NCBI GenBank assembly: GCA_900553985.1
Contig: USFW01000003.1
Span: 31,492-95,491 of the forward strand
Length of the DNA stretch: 64,000 bases
Direction: 5' to 3'
Origin: an uncultured Clostridium sp.
Lineage (GTDB): Bacteria > Bacillota > Clostridia > TANB77 > CAG-508
Part shown: positions 9,544-18,479 of the stretch, one piece after another
How the letters are laid out: each line of letters begins with the position of its first letter
Numbering within the stretch: position 1 is the first letter of the stretch
The notes under the pieces: model-generated
The model's input: the letters and a program-made list of their open reading frames with translations, nothing else
The model's database searches: none
What the model was told of the DNA's origin: nothing
Position numbers and translations under genes: made by a program

Positions 9544-10212
9544 TTAATCTTTTCTTTTTCCAAAGATAGATAATATTCTTAAGAAAATATTTACAAAATC
9601 AAGATACAATTGCATTGCACAATAAATATGAATTTTTTCTTTATCAATACCCTCTACACTTTGTAATAATTTAACTTTATTAATATCATAAATTGTTACC
9701 CCTAAGAAGATTGCTAGTATAATCCAATCTAAAATTATATCAAAAGTTCCATTTTTTAAAATAAATAAATTTATAATTGTAAGTACTAAACCAGCAATTA
9801 AAAATACAGTTAAATAAGGTCCCCATTTACTTAAATCTTTATTAGTTTTATAACCTATTAAAGCTAAAACAGCAAATATCAAAGCTGAAATGACAAATAG
9901 ATATATAATAGAACTTAACTCGAAAACAGCAAAAATTACTGCAAGTGTTACACCATTTATCATCGAATATACAAAATATAGAATACCAACTAGAATAGGA
10001 GGTAATTTTCTATATAGAAAACTAAACAATAGAACAGCTACTACTTCAATTATTAGTAAAATTGAAAAAGAATCTTCTATCAAGATTTTAAAATATAAAC
10101 CTGAAGAATAAGTGTACCAAGCAATAATTCCTGAACCAAGTAATCCTAGGAACATCCAAAAAAATGTCTTTCCAAATAATTTGTTTTGTACTGAAATATT
10201 TTCTTCTTCCAT
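9544..10212 (-). CDS. Bax inhibitor-1/YccA family membrane protein
   Basis: Seven predicted TM helices. N-terminal ...FGKTFFWMFLGLLGSGIIAWY and overall layout typical of the BI-1/YccA family. Confidence 0.75.
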   Translation of the reverse strand: MEEENISVQNKLFGKTFFWMFLGLLGSGIIAWYTYSSGLYFKILIEDSFSILLIIEVVAVLLFSFLYRKLPPILVGILYFVYSMINGVTLAVIFAVFELSSIIYLFVISALIFAVLALIGYKTNKDLSKWGPYLTVFLIAGLVLTIINLFILKNGTFDIILDWIILAIFLGVTIYDINKVKLLQSVEGIDKEKIHIYCAMQLYLDFVNIFLRILSIFGKRKD

Positions 10213-10344
10213 AAAATCTCCTTTCTTTCATTATATTAATACAAGTATATAAATAATAAAAAAAATATGCAATAATTTTGAAAAAAATATATGATAATAT
10301 TTTAAGATTAGTTCACAATAAAATAATATTTAGAAGTTATTTAA

Positions 10345-10620
10345 TTACTGGATAATGGTTTTAAAAATTAACCGCTGAAAATAGTTGATAATTATAATTT
10401 TTTTAGATTTTGACTACTTATTTCATTCAGAAAGAATTGGTAAGGCTTCCTAATGAGCCTCTCTCACTCAGACCCTTTCATACTTCAAGTACCGTGAGCA
10501 TTCCTCATTAGAAAGCCTAACCAATTCTAATCTTCATTCCAGTCGAACATCAAAATCTAAAAAAATTATAATTATTAACTATTTCCAGCTTCTCTACAAT
10601 AAAAACTATTATCATGTAAC
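10345..10620 (+). repeat. foldback element, copy 1 (family of four in this window)
   Basis: Whole-length imperfect hairpin centred near 10481. Outer arms are 10374-10414 and 10549-10589. The GC-enriched core is shared almost exactly with 24358-24635 and 50905-51175. Confidence 0.9.
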
Positions 10621-10730
10621 GTTATTTATATTAATTTTAAAAAATATATTGACAAAGATTTAAAAAAGTTATAATATTAAATCAATATATGAACATATAA
10701 TCATACAATTATATAAAAGGAGAAAAAATA

Positions 10731-11084
10731 ATGGATGAAAATTTATGTGAAATTACTATAATTCATGAAGATGTAGTAAAAAAAGTGAAGAAAATAATGC
10801 CAGAAGATGATGAAATATATGACTTAGCAGAGTTTTTCAAAGTATTTGCAGATTCTACAAGGATGAAAATAATATATGCTTTAATGGAAAATGAGTTATG
10901 CGTATGTGATTTAGCAAATATAGTAAATACAACTCAATCAGCAATCTCACATCAACTAAAAATATTAAGGCAATCAAAATTAGTTAAATTTAGAAAAGAA
11001 GGAAAAGTAGTATATTATAGCTTAGATGATGAACATATAAGCCAAATAGTAAAGAAAGGTCGTGAACATATTGAAGAGTTATAG
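10731..11084 (+). CDS. ArsR/SmtB-family metalloregulator (CadC-like)
   Basis: ELCVCDL metal-sensing motif and a winged HTH (QSAISHQLKILRQSKLV). Overlaps a downstream P1B-ATPase gene. Confidence 0.85.
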   Translation: MDENLCEITIIHEDVVKKVKKIMPEDDEIYDLAEFFKVFADSTRMKIIYALMENELCVCDLANIVNTTQSAISHQLKILRQSKLVKFRKEGKVVYYSLDDEHISQIVKKGREHIEEL

Positions 11085-13158
11085 ATATAAGTTAGAAGGA
11101 CTAGATTGTGCAGCCTGTGCTAAAAAAGTTGAAGAAAAATTAGCAAGTACAAGTGGATTTGAAGATGTAAATGTCAATTTTTCAACTTTGAAATTATCAT
11201 TTAAAACAGAAAAATATGAAAATGACAAAAACTTGACCAAAATGGTTGAAGAGATTGTTAAGAAAGTAGAACCAGATGTAAATGTTATAGAAAATTCAAA
11301 TAAAGAAATAAATGAAAAATCAGAACGAAGCAATGTAGATATTATTAGAATTATTATTGGAGTTTTAATTTATTTTATAGGAATGAAATCAAACTTGGAA
11401 AAAGAATTTTCATTAATATTTTTAATTATTTCTTTAATAATATTACTTTATAAAATAGTACCCAAAGCAATAAAACAAATAGTAAAGAATAAATCTTTAG
11501 ATGAAAATGCATTAATAGCAATATCAGCAATAGGTGCATGTTTTGTAGATAAAGCAATGGAAGGAATAATGGTTATAACATTATATGAAATAGGAAAAAT
11601 ATTAGAATCAAAAGCAATAAGCAAAACAAGAAATTCAATTTCAAGTTTAATGGATATAAGACCAGAATATGCAAATATAAAAGATAAAGAAGAAATAAGA
11701 AAAGTAAACCCAGAAGAAGTAAAAATAGGAGATATAATAGTAATAAAAAGTGGAGAAAAAATTCCACTAGATGGAATTATTATAAAAGGAGAAGCAGAAA
11801 TAGATAACTCAGCCTTAACAGGAGAAAGTGAGTTAATAAATGTTAAAGAAGACTCAAAAGTACTATCAGGAGGAATTAATGTTCAAGGATTAATTGAAGT
11901 AAAAGTTGAAAAACTATATGAAGACAGTACAGTAAGTCAAATTTTAAATTTAGTAGAAAATGCAACAGATAAAAAAGCAAAAACAGAAAATTTTGTTTCA
12001 AAAGCTGCAAAAATTTATACACCAATAGTGTTAGGGTTAGCAGTACTTGTAGCAATATTTATGCCAATATTTTTTAAAGGAGTAACATATCAAGAAAGTA
12101 TATATAAAGCATTAATATTTTTAGTAATATCATGTCCTTGCTCAATAGCAATATCAGTACCATTAAGTTATTTTAGTGGAATAGGTAAAGCTTCTAAAAG
12201 AGGAATTTTAGTAAAAGGAAGTGATTACTTAGATGGTTTAAAAGACATTAAACAAATAGTATTTGACAAAACAGGAACAATAACAACAGGAAATTTTAAA
12301 TTAAGTGAAATTAAGTCATTTAATGAAAAATATAATGAAAAAGAAATTTTAAAATACTTTGCAATGGGAGAAAGCTATTCAAATCATCCAATAGCAAAAT
12401 CAATATTAAATGAAGTAAAAAATGAAGATATAGATATAAAACAAGTAAGAGATTTTGAAGAAATTGCAGGTAAAGGTCTAAAATATAAAATACAAGATAA
12501 GGAAATCATTATTGGAAATAAATCAATAATGAATGATAATAAAATCACTTCAAATCAAGAAGAAGGAACTATATTATTTTTAAAAATAAATGACGAAGTA
12601 GTAGGAAGTATTAAATTAATAGACGAAATAAAACCAGATGTAAAAACTACAATGAAAAAGCTAAGTGATTTAGGAATAAAAACTAAAATGTTTACAGGAG
12701 ATAAAAAGGAAATTGCACAAAAAATAGCAAAAGAAGTAGGAATAAAAGAAGTAAAATACGAAATGTTACCACAAAATAAATATGAAGAATTAGAAAAAGT
12801 TTTACAAGGTAAAAAGCCAAGCGAAAAGGTAGCATATGTAGGAGATGGAATTAATGATAGTCCAGTACTAGCAAGAGCAGATATTGGAATATCAATGGGT
12901 GGAGTAGGATCTAGCTCAGCAATAGAAGCCTCAGATATTGTAATAATGACAGACGAATTATCAAAAGTTATAGAAGGTATTGAAATTTCTAAAAAGACTA
13001 ATAAAATAATAATGCAAAATTTAGTTATATCAATAGGAATAAAATTATTGGTTTTTGCATTAACTCTATTTGGACTTTCAGATATGTGGGAAGCAGTATT
13101 TGCAGATGTGGGAGTAACATTAATTACAGTATTTAATACATTGAGAATATTGAAGTAG
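11062..13158 (+). CDS. heavy-metal translocating P1B-type ATPase (CadA/ZntA-like)
   Basis: N-terminal HMA domain with GLDCAACA, TM CPC motif (SCPCSIAIS), DKTGTIT phosphorylation site and GDGINDSP hinge. The true start may be the TTG at 11071. Confidence 0.9.
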   Translation: MNILKSYRYKLEGLDCAACAKKVEEKLASTSGFEDVNVNFSTLKLSFKTEKYENDKNLTKMVEEIVKKVEPDVNVIENSNKEINEKSERSNVDIIRIIIGVLIYFIGMKSNLEKEFSLIFLIISLIILLYKIVPKAIKQIVKNKSLDENALIAISAIGACFVDKAMEGIMVITLYEIGKILESKAISKTRNSISSLMDIRPEYANIKDKEEIRKVNPEEVKIGDIIVIKSGEKIPLDGIIIKGEAEIDNSALTGESELINVKEDSKVLSGGINVQGLIEVKVEKLYEDSTVSQILNLVENATDKKAKTENFVSKAAKIYTPIVLGLAVLVAIFMPIFFKGVTYQESIYKALIFLVISCPCSIAISVPLSYFSGIGKASKRGILVKGSDYLDGLKDIKQIVFDKTGTITTGNFKLSEIKSFNEKYNEKEILKYFAMGESYSNHPIAKSILNEVKNEDIDIKQVRDFEEIAGKGLKYKIQDKEIIIGNKSIMNDNKITSNQEEGTILFLKINDEVVGSIKLIDEIKPDVKTTMKKLSDLGIKTKMFTGDKKEIAQKIAKEVGIKEVKYEMLPQNKYEELEKVLQGKKPSEKVAYVGDGINDSPVLARADIGISMGGVGSSSAIEASDIVIMTDELSKVIEGIEISKKTNKIIMQNLVISIGIKLLVFALTLFGLSDMWEAVFADVGVTLITVFNTLRILK

Positions 13159-13240
13159 GATTTAAATAATATAAAAATAATAAAAGAGATTTGTATAATA
13201 GACTTCTTAAAAGGTGTTGATTAATTAGATAAAAGTGTGA

Positions 13241-13325
13241 ATTCAAAAGAATACAAGAAAATAGTCAAAATTTGCACAATGAAGTGGTCAAAAAATGCAC
13301 AACAAAACAGTTAAAATTTGTACAA
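13241..13325 (+). repeat. tandem direct repeats, 23-bp period (3 good units plus 1 degenerate)
   Basis: GTCAAAATTTGCACAA (13264), GTCAAAAAATGCACAA (13287) and GTTAAAATTTGTACAA (13310). A degenerate unit ATTCAAAAGAATACAA sits at 13241. The array ends 35 nt before the next start codon. Confidence 0.7.
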
Positions 13326-13359
13326 TAGCATTGAAAGAATAAAAATATAGGAGTTAAAA

Positions 13360-14061
13360 ATGGAAAATTTAAAAGAAGAGGTAAAAGAAAAATTACACAA
13401 ATTATCAGACGAAAAATATAAAAAATTCCATACAGGTTTATGTCCAGGGGTAGATAATATTTTAGGAATAAGAGTGCCGATACTTAGAAATTATGCAAAA
13501 GAATTAAAGAAGGAATATAACTTGGAAGATTTAATTCAAAATATCGATGAACAATATTATGAAGAAATAATGCTAAAAGGAATGATAATAGGACTAGAGA
13601 ATAAGAAAGATTTTGATACAATTAAAGGTTATATAAAAAACTTTTTACCTAAAATAGATAATTGGGCAATATGTGACACATTTTGTGCAGGATTAAAAAT
13701 TACTAAAAAATACGAAAAAGAAATGTGGGAATTTATAAAAATATACTTAAAATCAAAAAATGAATTTGAAGTAAGATTTGCAATAGTAATGATTTTAGAC
13801 TATTATATAAAAAAAGAATATATACCAGAAGATTTTAAAATATTTGAAAATACAAAAAGTGATAAATATTATATACAAATGGCAGTAGCTTGGGCTATAT
13901 CAATATGTTTTATAAAATTTTATGATGAAACAAAAGAATTTATGAAAAAATCAAATATTGAGAAATTTACATATAATAAAGCAATACAAAAAGCTATAGA
14001 GTCATACAGAATTACAGAAGAGCAAAAAGAAGAATTAAGAAAGTTAAAAAAGAATATGTAA
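13360..14061 (+). CDS. DNA alkylation repair protein (AlkD/HEAT-repeat family)
   Basis: Length and motifs (GIRVP.LR..AK; NWAICD.FC) are typical of the DNA alkylation repair enzyme family. Confidence 0.65.
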   Translation: MENLKEEVKEKLHKLSDEKYKKFHTGLCPGVDNILGIRVPILRNYAKELKKEYNLEDLIQNIDEQYYEEIMLKGMIIGLENKKDFDTIKGYIKNFLPKIDNWAICDTFCAGLKITKKYEKEMWEFIKIYLKSKNEFEVRFAIVMILDYYIKKEYIPEDFKIFENTKSDKYYIQMAVAWAISICFIKFYDETKEFMKKSNIEKFTYNKAIQKAIESYRITEEQKEELRKLKKNM

Positions 14062-14072
14062 GAAAAAAGGGC

Positions 14073-14126
14073 TATCCTAGATATAAGAATATTTCTGTGG
14101 GATAGTCTTTTTATATCTAGGATAGT
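14073..14126 (+). terminator. terminator region with alternative hairpins
   Basis: CTATCCTAGATAT (14075-14087) can pair with GGGATAG (14100-14106, followed by TCTTTTT). It can also pair with the perfect complement ATATCTAGGATAG (14114-14126). Confidence 0.5.
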
Positions 14127-14222
14127 CTATTTCAAAATTATTAATTTTTTATAAATTTTACTTGATAAAACATAAATTTATGATATTATTATGTAATAAA
14201 AAATAAACAAAAGGAGAAGTTT

Positions 14223-15959
14223 ATGGAAAAACAAAATAAAAAAGTAAAAAGGGAAAAAAGGGGAAAAAGAAAGTTAACAGCAGAAGAAGTTAATAAAAAG
14301 AAAAAAATGATAACTAGAATTTTTATACTAATAGTAGTATTGATAGTTTTATTTGGGATTGCAATGTTTGCAAGTGATTTTATAATTTTGGATAAAAATA
14401 AAACAACAAATTTAATAATAAATAATAAGAATGTAACATCAAACTTAAAAAATGATATTTATATAGAAGATGGGATTATATATTTATCAAAAAGTGATGT
14501 AGCTAATTTCTTTGACAAATATATATATGAAGAAAAAGAATCAAATAAAATAATAACAACATATGATAAAAAAATAGCTGAAATAGGATTTGAAGATAAT
14601 GTAATAAATATAAATGGAGCAAATAAAAAAATATATGCTCATGCAATAGAGAAAAATAATACAATTTATTTACCAGTTTCAGAAATGAAAGAAGTATATA
14701 ATATAGAAGTTCAAAATATAGAAGATACAAAAGTTATAACAATGGATTCATTAAATAAAGAACAAAAAAAGGCAGTAGTAACTTCAGATTTATCAATAAA
14801 ATCATCAACAAGAATGATTGCAAAAACAGTTGATAGAATAAAAAAAGGCTCAACAGTTGTAGTTATTTCATCAGACAAAGGATATTCAAGAGTAAGAACA
14901 GAAAGTGGAAAAATAGGATATATAAAAACTAAAAAATTAGCAAATGAATATAATGTAAGAGAAAATATGGAAGAAGAAAAACAAATAGAAGGAAAAGTTA
15001 ATTTAACTTGGGACTATTATTCAGAAACAGCTTCAGCACCTGATAGAATAGGTACAAAAATAGATGGAGTAAATGTTGTTTCACCTTCATTTTTCTATAT
15101 AGATGAAAAAGGAAGATTTGTTGAAAATGTAGGAGATAAAGGAATAAGTTATATAGAATGGGCACATGAAAATGGATATAAAGTATGGCCAATGGTATCA
15201 AATGCACCAGCAGCTTCATCTAGTTTAGAAATTACATCTAAAATTATGAATGATTATGAAATAAGACAAAAATTAATTGATGCAATAGTAAAATCATGTG
15301 TAGAATATGATTTAGATGGAATAAATATAGATTTTGAAAATATGAAACAAGAAGACAAAGATATGTTCTCAAGATTTATAATAGAATTAGTACCAAGAAT
15401 GAAAGAAATAGGACTAGTTACAAGTGTAGATGTTACAGCACCAGATGGAGGAGAAACTTGGTCAATGTGCTTTGACAGACATGTTATAGGTGATGTAGCA
15501 GATTATACAATATTTATGGCATATGATCAAAACGGTATTTCTAGTAATAAAGCAGGAACAAATGCAGGATATGATTGGATAAAATTAAATTTAACTAAAT
15601 TCCTAAAAACAGAAGAAATTGAACCAGAAAAATTAATATTAGCAGTTCCATTTTACACAAGATTATGGACAGAAAATCCAAATGGAGAAATAATAAAAAA
15701 ATCAACAGTAGCAATGAATAAAATAGAAAATGTTATACCAGATGATGTAGAAAAACAATGGAAAGATGATGTTAAACAAAATTATGTTGAATATAAAGAA
15801 GGAGAAAACACTAAAAAAATGTGGATAGAAGATGTAGAATCCTTAAAAGCAAAAATGTCATTGATAAAAGAAAACAACTTAGCTGGTGTAGCATCTTGGC
15901 AAAAGGGAATGGAAACTGATGATGTTTGGGAAATGATGAATAATGAATTAAATAAGTAA
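14223..15959 (+). CDS. GH18 glycoside hydrolase, YaaH/YdhD-like spore peptidoglycan hydrolase
   Basis: GH18 catalytic motif DGINIDFE. N-terminal TM anchor followed by stalk and SH3-like segments. Confidence 0.8.
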   Translation: MEKQNKKVKREKRGKRKLTAEEVNKKKKMITRIFILIVVLIVLFGIAMFASDFIILDKNKTTNLIINNKNVTSNLKNDIYIEDGIIYLSKSDVANFFDKYIYEEKESNKIITTYDKKIAEIGFEDNVININGANKKIYAHAIEKNNTIYLPVSEMKEVYNIEVQNIEDTKVITMDSLNKEQKKAVVTSDLSIKSSTRMIAKTVDRIKKGSTVVVISSDKGYSRVRTESGKIGYIKTKKLANEYNVRENMEEEKQIEGKVNLTWDYYSETASAPDRIGTKIDGVNVVSPSFFYIDEKGRFVENVGDKGISYIEWAHENGYKVWPMVSNAPAASSSLEITSKIMNDYEIRQKLIDAIVKSCVEYDLDGINIDFENMKQEDKDMFSRFIIELVPRMKEIGLVTSVDVTAPDGGETWSMCFDRHVIGDVADYTIFMAYDQNGISSNKAGTNAGYDWIKLNLTKFLKTEEIEPEKLILAVPFYTRLWTENPNGEIIKKSTVAMNKIENVIPDDVEKQWKDDVKQNYVEYKEGENTKKMWIEDVESLKAKMSLIKENNLAGVASWQKGMETDDVWEMMNNELNK

Positions 15960-16000
15960 AATAAAAATCATTTTAGACTGTATAAGTTTAAAATGATTTT

Positions 16001-16237
16001 TTATTCTGAAATAACATCATCAAAAAGAGGATCATTAAAAAATTCTTGCAATGTAATGTTAAAACCTTCACAAATATGTAACATAGTATCCATTCTTAAA
16101 TTTTTAGTATCATTTTTTAAGAAATCTGAAATTGTGGGTAAAGATACACCAGCAGATTTTGATAAATCAAAAAGTTTCATATTATTTTCTTTTAATAAGT
16201 TGTAAATTCTTTTACGAGTAGCATCTGAAAGTTGCAT
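16001..16237 (-). CDS. XRE-family HTH transcriptional regulator
   Basis: HTH_3-like segment (LFDLSKSAGVSLPTISDFLKN). Divergent from gene 16429. Confidence 0.8.
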   Translation of the reverse strand: MQLSDATRKRIYNLLKENNMKLFDLSKSAGVSLPTISDFLKNDTKNLRMDTMLHICEGFNITLQEFFNDPLFDDVISE

Positions 16238-16296
16238 TATTACACCTCTTTCTTAATTTAATATAAAAATTATATCAAAGTAAGAAATCAAACCAC

Positions 16297-16393
16297 TAAG
16301 GAAAACCTTAAAACAAAGTTAAAAAACTAAGGAATTTCTTAATTCGGGTTGAAAAAAATAATAATATATGATATTTTGTTAAGGAATTCCTTA
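16297..16393. promoter_or_regulatory. three palindromic operator sites and an extended -10 promoter
   Basis: TAAGGAAAACCTTA (16297-16310), TAAGGAATTTCTTA (16328-16341) and the perfect palindrome TAAGGAATTCCTTA (16380-16393). Promoter: TTGAAA (16349-16354), 17 nt, TGaTATTTT (-10 at 16372-16377). The third site sits at about +1. Confidence 0.6.
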
Positions 16394-16428
16394 ACAAAAA
16401 CGAATGATAAAGAGGAGGTAAATAATAA

Positions 16429-18360
16429 ATGAAACAAATTAGAGAAAAAAGAGGAATAACACTAATTTCATTGGTGATTACAATTATAGTATTGTTAATA
16501 TTAGCAGGAGTAAGCATAGCAATGTTAACAAGTGATAATGGAATAATAACAAATGCAAAAAAATCAAAAATATCAACAACATTTTCAACATATAAAGAAG
16601 AGGTAGAATTATATAAAAACAATAAAATTGCGGAAAATACAAATTTTTTAGAAAATACACTAGAAGCAAGTAAAATAAGTTTATCATATAATACTAAAAA
16701 AGAAGAGGAAAAAGGAAATATAAAAAGTATAATAACTACTATAAATGACAAAGACTTAGAAAAGTTTGAAATAATAAAAGGAAAATTATTAATTAATACT
16801 AAAGATATAAATGAAATAAAAGTAGCACAAAGTTTAGGAATACAAGTAAATCCGTATGATATAACAGAAGAAGGAGAGCTATTATCATCAGATGGAAATT
16901 TATTACTTGTGGATGAAAATGGATATTTAAAGATTCCAGATAATGTAACAAAAATAGGAGAAGGTGCATTTGCAAATTTGAAAGGACTAAAAACAATTAT
17001 AATACCAGGAAGTGTAAAAGAAATAGGTAAAAATGCATTTACACGAAATTCAGAATTGCAAACAGTTATAATGGAAGAAGGGGTTGAAAGTATTGGACAA
17101 TCAGCATTTTCAGGATGTGAAAAATTAAAAAATGTTTCAATGCCAGAAAGTTTAAAGGAAATGAAGAGTTCAGCTTTTCAAAGTGATCCTACAATAGAAG
17201 AAATACAAATACCATCTAAAATTAGAAAAATAGATGCATATACTTTTTCTGGAAATGCAAAACTAAAAAAAATTATATTACCAGAAAGTTTAGAAATTAT
17301 AAATGTAGGAGCTTTTTCCTATACAGGTTTTGAAGAAATAGTAATTCCTGAAAAAATAAATAAAATTGAAGTAGGTGCATTTGAAGGAAACTTTGAATTA
17401 AATAATATAATAATAAGAGGTGAAAATCCACAATATATATATGAAAATGGAATGTTAATGACAAGAAATAAAGATGATATTTTATTTATATCTGATAAAT
17501 ACTTAAAGACTATAAATACCTTTAAAATTCCTGATGGAATAACAAGATTTAATATAAACTTAAATAAATATACAAATATTACAAAAATAATTATTCCTGA
17601 AAAAATAGAAAATATAGCTGCACATAATTTTCCAGACACAATTAATGAAATAGAATTATCAAATACAAGTAATATATATGATATAAATGAAAGTAAGAAA
17701 ATATTATATAGAAAAGATACAAAAGAAATAATAAATTGTTATTCAAAAGAAGAAAATATAAATTTAAAAGAAGAAGATATTTTAAAAATAGGAAATCATG
17801 CTTTTAAGCAAGCAGTTAATGCCAAAAATATAATATTGCCTGATTCATTAAAAATTATAGGTTCAGAAGCATTTACTAATTGTAAAAAAATTGATGAAAT
17901 AAAAATAGGGGTAAATGTAGATAATATAAATCCACTTTTTAAATATGGAAATTATAGTGGAAAGGTAACAATAGATAAAGGAAACCCTAACTATATTATA
18001 GAAAACGATATTTTATATAATATAAATAAAACTAAATTATATACTGTATTATATAATATAGAAGGAGAATTCTATATTGATGAAAATGTAGAAAAAATTG
18101 ATCAATTAGCATTTCATAATCAATATAGAATGACTAAAGTTAATATACCTAAGAGTGTAAAAGAAATAGAGAATAGTTTTAACTATTGTAATGGATTGAC
18201 AGAAATTAATATTCCTAATACAGTTGAAAAGATTAATAATAGTGCTTTTCAGCAATGCAAAAACCTGAATAGAATTAATATAAACAAAAATAAAGATTCA
18301 ATATCAGGAGCACCATGGGGAGCTATAAAAGGAATGAAAGTTGTAAAATGGAAAGAATAG
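16429..18360 (+). CDS. BspA-type leucine-rich-repeat surface protein with a type IV pilin-like N-terminus
   Basis: N-terminus MKQIREKRG|ITLISLVITIIVLLILAGVSIAML resembles a prepilin leader plus hydrophobic helix, but lacks Glu5. The rest is repeated LRR_5-like units (IP..V..IG..AF..C..L..I). Confidence 0.75.
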   Translation: MKQIREKRGITLISLVITIIVLLILAGVSIAMLTSDNGIITNAKKSKISTTFSTYKEEVELYKNNKIAENTNFLENTLEASKISLSYNTKKEEEKGNIKSIITTINDKDLEKFEIIKGKLLINTKDINEIKVAQSLGIQVNPYDITEEGELLSSDGNLLLVDENGYLKIPDNVTKIGEGAFANLKGLKTIIIPGSVKEIGKNAFTRNSELQTVIMEEGVESIGQSAFSGCEKLKNVSMPESLKEMKSSAFQSDPTIEEIQIPSKIRKIDAYTFSGNAKLKKIILPESLEIINVGAFSYTGFEEIVIPEKINKIEVGAFEGNFELNNIIIRGENPQYIYENGMLMTRNKDDILFISDKYLKTINTFKIPDGITRFNINLNKYTNITKIIIPEKIENIAAHNFPDTINEIELSNTSNIYDINESKKILYRKDTKEIINCYSKEENINLKEEDILKIGNHAFKQAVNAKNIILPDSLKIIGSEAFTNCKKIDEIKIGVNVDNINPLFKYGNYSGKVTIDKGNPNYIIENDILYNINKTKLYTVLYNIEGEFYIDENVEKIDQLAFHNQYRMTKVNIPKSVKEIENSFNYCNGLTEINIPNTVEKINNSAFQQCKNLNRININKNKDSISGAPWGAIKGMKVVKWKE

Positions 18361-18416
18361 TACAAATAAGTTGGATAAAACTATAATACAAATTCAATAA
18401 TACAAGTATAAATTCC

Positions 18417-18464
18417 TTGACATTACCCACTCTAGCATATATAATACATACAAATGTACATTTG
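18417..18464 (+). promoter_or_regulatory. sigH promoter and a downstream palindrome
   Basis: TTGACA (18417-18422), 17 nt, TATAAT (18440-18445). The 14-bp perfect palindrome CAAATGTACATTTG (18451-18464) lies between the -10 and the SD. Confidence 0.55.
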
Positions 18465-18479
18465 GAGGTATTTTGACGA

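Noticed and set aside
10453-10497. A 14-codon ORF (MSLSHSDPFILQVP) lies in the core of foldback copies 1-3 (also at 24467-24511 and 51012-51056). Copy 3 differs only by three third-position synonymous changes.
   Set aside because: - There is no convincing SD before the ATG.
- The three substitutions are spaced in multiples of three. They are therefore also synonymous in short minus-strand ORFs (MRNAHGT, MKGSE).
- The divergent fourth member (48286-48525) has no equivalent ORF.
I treat it as a coincidence until ribosome profiling or more copies say otherwise.
10345-10620. The foldback elements could be 6S RNA, because 6S is a long irregular hairpin with a central bubble.
   Set aside because: There are four copies in 64 kb, with long AT-rich outer arms. 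One member has a completely different core. That is inconsistent with a single or dual-copy housekeeping 6S gene, and I saw no 6S-like conserved bulge sequence.
10649-10720. A promoter and a 12-2-12 ArsR/SmtB operator upstream of cadC.
   Set aside because: TTGACA (10649) and TATAAT (10670) are only 15 nt apart. The only symmetry nearby is a weak TATGA-N8-TCATA. This is too weak to call.
13241-13325. The 23-bp tandem repeats could be a mini CRISPR array.
   Set aside because: The units are contiguous with no unique spacers, are only 16-23 bp long, are degenerate, and have no cas genes nearby. I kept them as a regulatory or iteron-like repeat instead.
15993-16205. A 70-aa + strand ORF overlaps the XRE gene.
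   Set aside because: It is antisense to a clear HTH regulator (16001-16237), begins inside the GH18 terminator, and has no SD.
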